This document shows positions 11,101 to 19,196 of a stretch of 51,586 nucleotides of DNA, one piece after another. A program made the translations under genes and the position numbers. The notes beneath the pieces are model-generated. The model made no database searches, was not told where the DNA came from, and saw only the letters and a list, made by a program, of their open reading frames with translations. Position 1 is the stretch's first letter; each line of letters opens with the position of its first letter. The stretch comes from Verrucomicrobiales bacterium. Lineage in GTDB: Bacteria; Verrucomicrobiota; Verrucomicrobiia; Limisphaerales; JAQGOY01. Location: NCBI GenBank assembly GCA_028293375.1, contig JAQGOY010000228.1, positions 1 to 51,586 of the forward strand, written 5' to 3'.

Positions 11101-11551
11101 GAGACTGATAGGAAGAGAGCTCCACGTCCAATTCCATGAGCCAGGCCGATACCGATAGGCTGCTTTTTACATCGAGTATCAGGGGCCAAAATAAATCGCT
11201 CGCTGGAATCCCTTCAAACCGGGTGCCGAAAACCACCCGTTCTTCAGTACTGTAAGCGCCCAGCAAAAGAGCCCATGCCCCTAGGTAAACGGTTTCCGGG
11301 CAAACATTGGCTTTGGAAGTGAACTGAAGAAGCAACGACTGAAACTGGGCGTCAGTGCTGGAATAGCGAGTGACGTAGTGGTGATCTTCCCTGGGAGCCT
11401 TCACCGGCCGGACCAGATTGAAAGAAGTTGGCGCGCTAAAATAAGAAAGTTTGGTTTTCCAGAACTCGCGATCGCTGCCAGGATTTTTAGCGGCAGCAAT
11501 TCTGGCAGTTTTCCCAACTTTCAAACGATCGGTTTGAACTGAGGTGGCCAT
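8126..11551 (-). CDS. Stand-alone NRPS-like protein: partial condensation domain, adenylation, PCP, thioesterase
   Basis: A motifs [72 protein letters not shown] and GDH; N-terminus has only C-lobe motifs (EFWKTKL, AWALLL..YS...VVFG). Confidence 0.93.
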   Translation of the reverse strand: [1141 protein letters not shown]

Positions 11552-11577
11552 ATGACGTCTCTTTAGTTTTCTTGGCC

Positions 11578-12348
11578 TCACGAAACTTTTCTATCGGGGC
11601 TTTTACGAAGGAACGCAAAGGTATCTCCCTCTTCCCGGGCCACTTTGAAGCCAGCGTGGATGAGGGTGGATACGATATCGTAGGTGGCGGCCTGGCCGAG
11701 CACCCCTGGGTGCAGCTCGATGATGATCTTGTCGATGCTGTTCGGAAGCATGCTGAAGTCGATAAACTTTTCGGCTCCTTCAATGTCGATGATTAAAACA
11801 TTCGGAGGACGAGCGGCAAGCTGGAGCAGGGTGGGCAACGGCACGCTCTTGACCTTGATGGTTTTGCTGCGGTCGGCCGAAGCGGCCATGACAACAGAAT
11901 TTTCCCAGAAATCATTGCCTATATCGAGGTCTATCGTGCCTTCCTCCTGGCCAAGGGCGACATTGAGGACATTGGGTGTGACGTGGTTGAGCGCGTAATT
12001 CTTTTTAAGAATATTTACCGTTGCCGGGTTTGCTTCAACGGTGAGATAGTTCTTGATCCCAAGACGCTTCTGGCAATAAAGCCCGATGAAGCCGATGGCC
12101 CCGCCTACTTCAACGACCGAATCTTCGCTGGTCAGGAAATCACGGCACATCTGCTTTTCATGTTCTTCATATCCGACATTTAGAATCCGGTTTCGAATTT
12201 TCAATGGCAGCTCGGTCAGGTCGAGAACGATGCCTTCCAGGGAAGTCTTGTGGACCTTGGGAAGAACATATTTAAAGTAATATTTGATCCAGAAGTCCTG
12301 GTACTTTTGGAACAGGCTTTGTGAAACCGGAAAGGATAGTTTGGTCAT
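11578..12348 (-). CDS. FkbM-family SAM-dependent methyltransferase
   Basis: VVEVGGAIG, VEANP, NVALG, IIDIEGAE, IIIELH. Confidence 0.88.
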   Translation of the reverse strand: MTKLSFPVSQSLFQKYQDFWIKYYFKYVLPKVHKTSLEGIVLDLTELPLKIRNRILNVGYEEHEKQMCRDFLTSEDSVVEVGGAIGFIGLYCQKRLGIKNYLTVEANPATVNILKKNYALNHVTPNVLNVALGQEEGTIDLDIGNDFWENSVVMAASADRSKTIKVKSVPLPTLLQLAARPPNVLIIDIEGAEKFIDFSMLPNSIDKIIIELHPGVLGQAATYDIVSTLIHAGFKVAREEGDTFAFLRKSPDRKVS

Positions 12349-12372
12349 AAGTCTTGTTGCGTAAGCTCGGGT

Positions 12373-13569
12373 TTAGGCGCCTGCGGGAGTCAAAACGGTT
12401 TGCTGCTGGCGATTCGAATCTTTCGCCTGGGTGGCTGCCGCTTTCATCAAGTTGCAAATATGAGGAATGTCGGTGATCTCCCCGGGTATCTCCGGTTGAT
12501 TGGTGAACAACGCGGCATAACTTTGGGGATCGTCTGGATGATAGCCGTGCATGGCCGTGATGGGACGCTCGCCCATGTGGCTCGGGACAATCAAAACACC
12601 TTCCTTCATCAGGAAAATGGTCTCACCAAAATACTTGTCATCGAAGTAAGCCTTGAGTTCCTTAAGTTCTTCATCGGGGAGAATTCGACCTTCCGGCACG
12701 CCCTGCAGGACATCGTGAATTTGGACGCGAGCCTCGGAAGTAAAAAACCAGAAGCGCGCCATGGTGGAGTCATAAACCACGGAATAGTCTTTACCCATTT
12801 TCACCGGCAGCTTTTCTATTTTTGATTTGAGGTCGATGTGGACATCGCAATTCGCCATGCCATGGTCGCTGAAAACATAGAGCACCACTTTACGGTAATG
12901 GCCTTGTGCGGCCTTAAGCACTTTGTCGATCCATTCCTCATACATGGCCAGGCGTTCATGGACCAGGGGGGAACGGTTTCCCACATTGTGCAGGAGCCCG
13001 TCCAAACCGGGCCAGTAGGAGAACGAAAAATCTATTTTTTCGGACTGGATTTCGTTGATCAGGTTATCGCGGTTCTGCTCCTCAGTCAGGGCAGGATCGC
13101 TCACGAAATAGGGAATATTGGAACTGACTAGAAAATCAAAAATGTTGTCCCCGCGATTCATGCCCTTCGGTTTCAGCGGGCTTTTTTTCTCGGTGAAATT
13201 GTAGTTCGAGATGTGCTGGAACGGAATGTTATAGAGGTCGAAATACCCTTCAAAATCCAGCGTTTTACGCACCAGTTTCGTCAGAGCGCGGCGGACAATT
13301 CTGCGGCTGGTCAGCGCCTTGGGCAGAAATCGTAAAACGCGGAGATTGCGGAAAGGTGAATTCTCCGGATCATGGACGAAGTAGCACCAATTGCGGTGAT
13401 CCTGTGGCCAGCGCCCGGAAAGGATGGAGGGCACGCAGGTCGAAGAGTAGCCAAACACCGAGCGAAGCTTCTTGCGCTTCGGTGCGGCTTTCTTGAGGAA
13501 ATCGGTATTCTTGATGATTTCCCACCCGCAGGCGTCGATCATGATGCAAAGCGGCAATACATTTTTCAT
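12373..13569 (-). CDS. Alkaline phosphatase superfamily, nucleotide pyrophosphatase/phosphodiesterase-like, no signal peptide
   Basis: IMIDACG, GYSSTCVPSILSG, LDGLLH, FSDHGM, MHGY metal-ligand motifs. Confidence 0.85.
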   Translation of the reverse strand: MKNVLPLCIMIDACGWEIIKNTDFLKKAAPKRKKLRSVFGYSSTCVPSILSGRWPQDHRNWCYFVHDPENSPFRNLRVLRFLPKALTSRRIVRRALTKLVRKTLDFEGYFDLYNIPFQHISNYNFTEKKSPLKPKGMNRGDNIFDFLVSSNIPYFVSDPALTEEQNRDNLINEIQSEKIDFSFSYWPGLDGLLHNVGNRSPLVHERLAMYEEWIDKVLKAAQGHYRKVVLYVFSDHGMANCDVHIDLKSKIEKLPVKMGKDYSVVYDSTMARFWFFTSEARVQIHDVLQGVPEGRILPDEELKELKAYFDDKYFGETIFLMKEGVLIVPSHMGERPITAMHGYHPDDPQSYAALFTNQPEIPGEITDIPHICNLMKAAATQAKDSNRQQQTVLTPAGA

Positions 13570-15200
13570 GTCTGTGATCTTTCCAACTTATTTAAAATAA
13601 TAGGCAGAAGTTGTTTTTTGCGGGATACGCACCCCTCCCATAGCACTGCCTGGCCGTCCTCACCGAGGATATGGCGCCGTCGGTGTTGTTGGGAGTCGTC
13701 CAGCAGGACAAGGCTTTCCCCTCGAAGGGAGTCGGTAATCATCAAGGCCACAAAATCCCAGTCCGTTTGCTGCCGTTTTAATTTCAGCGCACAGGCAAAT
13801 TCGTTTATTTTCTCCGGAAGGAGCCGGGTGCGGTCCACCGTTTCCACCTGCGCCACACCAAATCGAATTTTGCCGGAACTGAATTCTTTTAAATCCTTGT
13901 TAACCAGCTCGAGAGCTGTTTTGGACAGCGTTTCGTCATTGCGCAACAGCACTTCCAGTCCAAATTCCTGCAACTCCACTTCGGCTTTGGCCGCGAGGAT
14001 TTTTGCCAGTTTGCGATCAATATCGGTCGTCGTCGGAGAAGTCAGGAGTAGAGTATCTGCGAGCATCGCGCCAAGCAGAAGAATGGCCTGGCCTTTGGTG
14101 ACTCGGACTTTGCTTTCCTGGAATTTACAGGCGATGATTGTCGCTGTGCTTCCAAGCGGACGGCAATCCACGCGAATGGGGTCTACGGTCTCCAGGCTGC
14201 CCACGCGGTGATGATCCACGATTTCGAGTATTTGAGCTTCTTCGATTCCACGTGCGGCATGGTTCTGCTCGAAATGATCCACGAGAATAATCTTTTGCTT
14301 TGGCGCATTGATTAATTCCGTCCGCGAAAGTACGCCAACCAGTTCGCCGCCAGGTCCCACCACCGGCAGAGCGTAGGGTTTGTGTGAAACCAGATCCTTG
14401 ACCTCGGCGAGGCTTTGTTCAGGGCTCAATTGCGGAAATTCCCGCGCCATCAGATTCCTGACGGGAATGGCGAGCGAGAGTTTTGAAGTAAGCGAGAGCA
14501 GGGAACCCCGGAACTGGTAAATTCCCATGCCGGAATCTTTTTGATATTCGGCAAAGGAGCACTTCACGCGTTTCGGGGAGCAAATGATCACCGCCGCAGC
14601 ATTGTGTTCGCGGGCCTGGGTGATCGATTCAATATCATCAGTGCAAAGCAGGATATCGCCACCCCGGATATTCTCGGGGGTTAACGAAAGACATCCATCT
14701 GCCGGACGGGCAGCGGGCTTCCAGCATTTTAATCCAAGGCCCCGAACCAGATCGTCCAGCTGGAAGAGAACTCCGAGAAAATTCTCCAGGTTAAAATGAT
14801 AAAAATAGTGACCCATCGGAAGTCGATCGCTTAGAATGCCTTCCAATTTCCCCGAACCGCTCACTACCGGAACAAGGCTCAACTGGAATTCGGTAATCAG
14901 CCGAATGGCGTCACCGAGAGGCGCCTCGATGGGGACGGTTTGGATGGCGCGGCGTGCCACGTCGCCCACTTTGATATTGAGGTCAGGAACAATTGGGGGA
15001 AGCTGGATGCCCGCTTTTTCGAAGAGCCACTCCGTTTGAGGGGAAAAATCGCCAAGGGAAACGCTTTGGTATTTGGTTTTGCGGTCCAAAGATTGCAGTA
15101 GCTGAGCGTATACCACGGCCGATACCACGGAGTCCGTGTCGGGACGCCGGTGGCCGGCAACCAGAACAGGTCGTTCGTGAGTAAAACTGCGTTTCTTCAT
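13566..15200 (-). CDS. ppaC: Mn-dependent family II inorganic pyrophosphatase with CBS/DRTGG insert
   Basis: GHRRPDTDS, ILVDH, IVDHH, SPTTT, DLKEF, VSRKKQ; two CBS domains. Confidence 0.9.
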   Translation of the reverse strand: MKKRSFTHERPVLVAGHRRPDTDSVVSAVVYAQLLQSLDRKTKYQSVSLGDFSPQTEWLFEKAGIQLPPIVPDLNIKVGDVARRAIQTVPIEAPLGDAIRLITEFQLSLVPVVSGSGKLEGILSDRLPMGHYFYHFNLENFLGVLFQLDDLVRGLGLKCWKPAARPADGCLSLTPENIRGGDILLCTDDIESITQAREHNAAAVIICSPKRVKCSFAEYQKDSGMGIYQFRGSLLSLTSKLSLAIPVRNLMAREFPQLSPEQSLAEVKDLVSHKPYALPVVGPGGELVGVLSRTELINAPKQKIILVDHFEQNHAARGIEEAQILEIVDHHRVGSLETVDPIRVDCRPLGSTATIIACKFQESKVRVTKGQAILLLGAMLADTLLLTSPTTTDIDRKLAKILAAKAEVELQEFGLEVLLRNDETLSKTALELVNKDLKEFSSGKIRFGVAQVETVDRTRLLPEKINEFACALKLKRQQTDWDFVALMITDSLRGESLVLLDDSQQHRRRHILGEDGQAVLWEGCVSRKKQLLPIILNKLERSQT

Positions 15201-15553
15201 ATCGAGGCTGGCATAAGGCGCCTGACTTCTGAGACGAGTTGAGTCGGACTAAATGGCTTGGTGAGGACAATTTCGTTCTCATTTGACCGCGGCAGCAGCA
15301 TGCCGGGAGGAATCTCTGACATGCGGATCACGGGTATGTGTTTTTGGGTCATGCGAAGAAGTGCAATCACCGGATCGAACAACTCGCGGCTGGAATCATC
15401 CAAAAGCACCATGCTGAACTGATTCAGCTGCACCGCCCTTAAGGCGTCTTCGCCGTTCCGGGCCTGCACCATTTCATACCCGGCTCGCTCCAAATGATGT
15501 TGCAGCAGCCTTAGCATGAACAATTTTGTGTCTAGTACCAGAATTTTGTTCAT
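15197..15553 (-). CDS. Single-domain response regulator receiver (atypical)
   Basis: KILVLD, ARNGEDAL, VLLD, LTKPFS. Confidence 0.8.
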   Translation of the reverse strand: MNKILVLDTKLFMLRLLQHHLERAGYEMVQARNGEDALRAVQLNQFSMVLLDDSSRELFDPVIALLRMTQKHIPVIRMSEIPPGMLLPRSNENEIVLTKPFSPTQLVSEVRRLMPASI

Positions 15554-17346
15554 AACTTCTTGTTTTCGTCCATCAATACAATGAATGTTTGATCATCGTA
15601 AAGTGTTCCACCATCTTGAAATTTGTTAAGCTCGAGAACGAGGGATTCCTTTAACTCCTCCGCAGAATTAAAGGACAAGGCGTTTTTTTCCATCCAGTTA
15701 AAGAGTCGGTTTTGTCCAAAGAAATCGTTGGTCGCGTTTTGGGCATCGGTGACACCGTCGGTGTAAAGCAGGACGCGGGAACCCGCAGGGAAGGGCAGGG
15801 TCGCCTCTTCAAAAGTTGTATTGGGAAGTATCCCCAGCGGCAAACCGTCCGGTGCCACCGTTGTCAGGCTGGTCTGGCCGGGGCTCATGATCAGAACCGG
15901 GCAATGGCCTGCCGTGGCTGCGCTCAAGGTCCGCTCAGTCATATTGATTTTCAATACTTCTGCCGTGATGAACATGCCCACGTCCGAAAGCTCATCGAAA
16001 AGCATGGTGTTGATTCGAGTCATGATCGCGCGAGGACTGTTGAGCTCGGTAGTGGCCCGCAACGCGCTTCGAAAGATCGCTGCAAACATCGCTGCCGGAA
16101 TTCCTTTGCCCATCACATCCGCGATGATGGCCAGGACGCAGTTTCCATCCTGGTGGATAACCGTGTAGAAATCGCCCCCCACCTGCCTGGCGCTTTCGCA
16201 ATGGGCGGCCAAACCAAGCCCTGGCAATACGGGCAGTTGTTTCGGCAACAGTGCCCGCTGAATATTCTTTGCGATTTCCAGTTCGTGCGAAGTCAGCCGG
16301 TGACTCATCTGTTCTTCACGGAACCTTGCGTTCACGATTTGAATGGCGAGAAAATCGGCAAAGGTATGGATGACGTTGGCGTGCGCGGCAGTGAAGGACG
16401 AACGGCCCATTTCCTTTCCAACAGTCAAGGTTCCCACCAGCTTACCTCCAAAATAAAAGGGATGCACCAGGCCGATCGAACTTGGTTTGATTTCCTGCCA
16501 GGCCCCCTGATTGGTTTTGGAAAGTTTGGGATCAAACCAAACATCCTGTCGCGACAGGGCAGCGCTGACTTCGGCATGTGATCCTTGCTCCGGAACATTT
16601 TCCAGGGAAAGGGAATCCAGTTTCAGCGAAGGTTCAGAAGCTGTAAAAACAATGAGTCGTTCTTCTTCCTTGGGCACAACTCGCAAAACGAACCAGTCCG
16701 AAGAAGTAATCTGGAGCAGATCAGAGCACAGGCAGCGGGCAAATTCGGCAAGGTCATCGGTTTTTCCAAGGTCTGTGCCGCAACGAAAAATGGCCGAGAG
16801 ACTTTCGTAACACGAACTTAACTCCTCCGTCATGTCATGAATGATTTGCTCATTCTCGGCGAGACGATCCTTGTAGGCCTCGAGCGTCGGTTCGGAGGAA
16901 TAATTGTCCGGAAGCACCGCTCCGCTTCCGTACTTTTTGAGAATGAGTGTGTTGCCTGCGGCCGCTTTTTCGTAGCTCACATCGTCCATGATCGAACGCA
17001 TCAGGAAAATTCCGCGACCGCTTTCGCTTTCGTGTTCCGGCAGTCGAGATTGCAGCGGAAGGGTGAAACCGGGTGTGTGATCCTCAATTCTCAGTTCCAG
17101 CGTATTGTCGTCCGTAATGGCGTGCATGACGATGGGTTTGGAACGCCCTGCCTCTTCGCAATAGAGAACGGCGTTGTTGCAACCCTCTACCATGGCCAGT
17201 TCGCAGGCCATGATGTCCTCTTCCGTCGTGCCGTTTTGTTTGAGAAAACGGCAAAGCTGCGAGACTGCATCTCGAACCATTTCCAGTTGGCAGGGCAGGG
17301 TTACCGAGAAACGTCTTGAAACCGTGGTTGCGGCTGACAAAAGCAT
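15550..17346 (-). CDS. RsbW-like HATPase kinase + GAF-like + SpoIIE/PP2C phosphatase fusion
   Basis: ELAMVEGCNNAV, IEDHTPGF, ESGRGIFLM; IQRALLP, VGGDFY, IADVMGKG, LLYTDGVTD, DDQT. Confidence 0.9.
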   Translation of the reverse strand: MLLSAATTVSRRFSVTLPCQLEMVRDAVSQLCRFLKQNGTTEEDIMACELAMVEGCNNAVLYCEEAGRSKPIVMHAITDDNTLELRIEDHTPGFTLPLQSRLPEHESESGRGIFLMRSIMDDVSYEKAAAGNTLILKKYGSGAVLPDNYSSEPTLEAYKDRLAENEQIIHDMTEELSSCYESLSAIFRCGTDLGKTDDLAEFARCLCSDLLQITSSDWFVLRVVPKEEERLIVFTASEPSLKLDSLSLENVPEQGSHAEVSAALSRQDVWFDPKLSKTNQGAWQEIKPSSIGLVHPFYFGGKLVGTLTVGKEMGRSSFTAAHANVIHTFADFLAIQIVNARFREEQMSHRLTSHELEIAKNIQRALLPKQLPVLPGLGLAAHCESARQVGGDFYTVIHQDGNCVLAIIADVMGKGIPAAMFAAIFRSALRATTELNSPRAIMTRINTMLFDELSDVGMFITAEVLKINMTERTLSAATAGHCPVLIMSPGQTSLTTVAPDGLPLGILPNTTFEEATLPFPAGSRVLLYTDGVTDAQNATNDFFGQNRLFNWMEKNALSFNSAEELKESLVLELNKFQDGGTLYDDQTFIVLMDENKKL

Positions 17347-17648
17347 TAGCGTTTAACAATTTCGAATATCCGATGCATGCGAGTGAGTTCCAGGATCTGT
17401 TGGACAGGGGGGGTTGGATTGACAAGCCGCACCATGCCGTTGCGGCTGCAGGTGGTTTTGTGAAGGCTGATCAGGGCGCCAAGGCCACAACTGTCGACGA
17501 ACATGGTTTGAGAAAGGTCTATCTCTATGATTTTGTGAGCCTCGGATAGGGAGGCCCTTACCTGATCCCGAAAGGAATTGGAGTTTGCTGCCGCTAATTC
17601 CTTGATGCCTGTGATGCTAAGGGTTTCACCGTTGGTTTGAGCTTTCAT
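17346..17648 (-). CDS. STAS-domain anti-sigma factor antagonist (RsbV/SpoIIAA-like)
   Basis: IDLSQTMFVDSCGLGALI, ILELTRMHRIF; phospho-Ser conserved. Confidence 0.92.
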   Translation of the reverse strand: MKAQTNGETLSITGIKELAAANSNSFRDQVRASLSEAHKIIEIDLSQTMFVDSCGLGALISLHKTTCSRNGMVRLVNPTPPVQQILELTRMHRIFEIVKR

Positions 17649-17715
17649 AAATAATCGAGTATTTGGGAGTTGGCTTGGCGTGGCGCCTGCCCGATTCCAA
17701 TTTTTTACTGGATTG

Positions 17716-17751
17716 ACTATAGAAAATTGGCGCGATCATTCACAATCAGGG
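17716..17751 (-). promoter_or_regulatory. Putative promoter of STAS-glycan operon: CCCTGA-TTGTGA-N18-TATAGT
   Basis: Read on minus strand; the 12-mer CCCTGATTGTGA is identical to the one upstream of the hybrid kinase. Confidence 0.6.
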
Positions 17752-17842
17752 GGCGGCATCTTTCCCCCTACGGGTCGTTGCCCCTATACGGAGTGAGCCA
17801 TTCCCCGGTGCGCGGTCAAACCGCTGCTAACACCCACAAATG

Positions 17843-17873
17843 AAAGGGGTTTTGCCAGCAGCAAAACCCCTTT
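17843..17873 (-). terminator. Perfect 13-bp hairpin, probable intrinsic terminator after the udk-sugar transferase unit
   Basis: AAAGGGGTTTTGC-CAGCA-GCAAAACCCCTTT, 23 nt after the 17897 stop; T-rich tail on minus strand. Confidence 0.7.
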
Positions 17874-17896
17874 AAAACAGGCCAAAACCCAATGTC

Positions 17897-19192
17897 TCAG
17901 TTCGGCGCAGTCCTGCCGAAATGGAGAATTTTTTTGACCAGGGTTGCTTCCCGGCCACTGGTTTCCTTTTTCGAAAGAAAGAATCTTTTGATGCAGGCGA
18001 CAATGATTTTCAAGTCCAGTTTCCAATCCGCCTGCACGGAATAAAAACTCGAATGTGCTTTGGCCTCTTCACAAAATGGCTCAATGCATCCCTGAGCTTC
18101 GGATAATGACATGAACCCCAGCGGAACGGAGAGCCAAAGCTTCTCAAAATCGTTCTCCAATTTTCTTGCCTCGTTGGGCGTCAAAGGCCGGTTTCCAACC
18201 CAAACGAACTCCCCCTTGACAATATTCCACATTTGCGGCCATCGGCGAAGTCCGCCTTGAAAGAACGGAAACTCAAAATAAATAATCGGCTTGGCCTGTG
18301 GATAGCCTTGTGGAGGTGTCGCCCGGCGGGGACGAACTATCCGTTGTCCCATCAGTAGCATCCACCCCGCAGCAAGGCCCACGATCGGGCTCGTAACTAC
18401 CATCAACCCGGCCGCCACCGCTCGTCCGCATAATCGTTGCAGATACTGCGAGTTTTCCAACGGCCGCAGGGAGCAGAGGAGAAAAGCGTCCACGATCTTC
18501 GTATGGGAACCGGTATTCCAGTTCATTAACTGAGCTCCCGAGGCAATCGATTGATTGAGAGTAATGGCCGAACCTACGAATGTCTGGGAACCGATTAGGC
18601 TTTCTCGGATTTCTGCGCCTTCCTCGACAACCACTTCGTTTTCCAGGATGACGCACGGGCCCACCACCGCCTTGTTACCGATTTTTGCGCGATCACCAAT
18701 CCAACAGGGGGCAGTTAGCACTGCGGTGCTGGAGATGTTGGCCTGTCGACCAACCCAGATGCCCGGGCGTATTTCTTTTACTCCGACCCGGTTGGACATG
18801 TCTGGATGGTCCAGGTTTTGTGAAACTACACGAAAGAGATCGCCAAGGCTGGAAAAAAGTTTCTGGTCAGGTTTCCATGGAAAGGAGTCTGCCACATGGC
18901 ACTCGATCCCGGCACCCGCCTTGTCAGCGGCCTCAGCAAGCGAAAGCTCGCGCGCCGTTGGCTGGACTAACAGTTTAACACCCCACCTTTCGCCTTCCCC
19001 GAGCGTTTCACGGATTTTCTCCGGCCTGTCACTGGCGAATAGGGTGATTTCCTTGCAGCCGCGCAAAACCAAATGCTCTATCCAGTATTCCAATAATGGT
19101 TTACCGAGCAGGGTAAATAGGCCCAGGGGGGCATTTTCGGCGAGGGATGCTACGGATTCTCTCTGGTGTGGGCAGATGAGACATGCATTCAT
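17897..19192 (-). CDS. Degenerate NDP-sugar pyrophosphorylase-like domain + hexapeptide (LbH) + degenerate bacterial sugar-transferase domain
   Basis: LLGKPLLEYWIEHL...LGEGERWGV (NTase fold), hexapeptides PCWIGDRAKIGNKAVVGPCVIL, C-terminal WPQMWNIVKGEFVWVGNRP. Confidence 0.8.
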   Translation of the reverse strand: MNACLICPHQRESVASLAENAPLGLFTLLGKPLLEYWIEHLVLRGCKEITLFASDRPEKIRETLGEGERWGVKLLVQPTARELSLAEAADKAGAGIECHVADSFPWKPDQKLFSSLGDLFRVVSQNLDHPDMSNRVGVKEIRPGIWVGRQANISSTAVLTAPCWIGDRAKIGNKAVVGPCVILENEVVVEEGAEIRESLIGSQTFVGSAITLNQSIASGAQLMNWNTGSHTKIVDAFLLCSLRPLENSQYLQRLCGRAVAAGLMVVTSPIVGLAAGWMLLMGQRIVRPRRATPPQGYPQAKPIIYFEFPFFQGGLRRWPQMWNIVKGEFVWVGNRPLTPNEARKLENDFEKLWLSVPLGFMSLSEAQGCIEPFCEEAKAHSSFYSVQADWKLDLKIIVACIKRFFLSKKETSGREATLVKKILHFGRTAPN

Positions 19193-19196
19193 TTTG

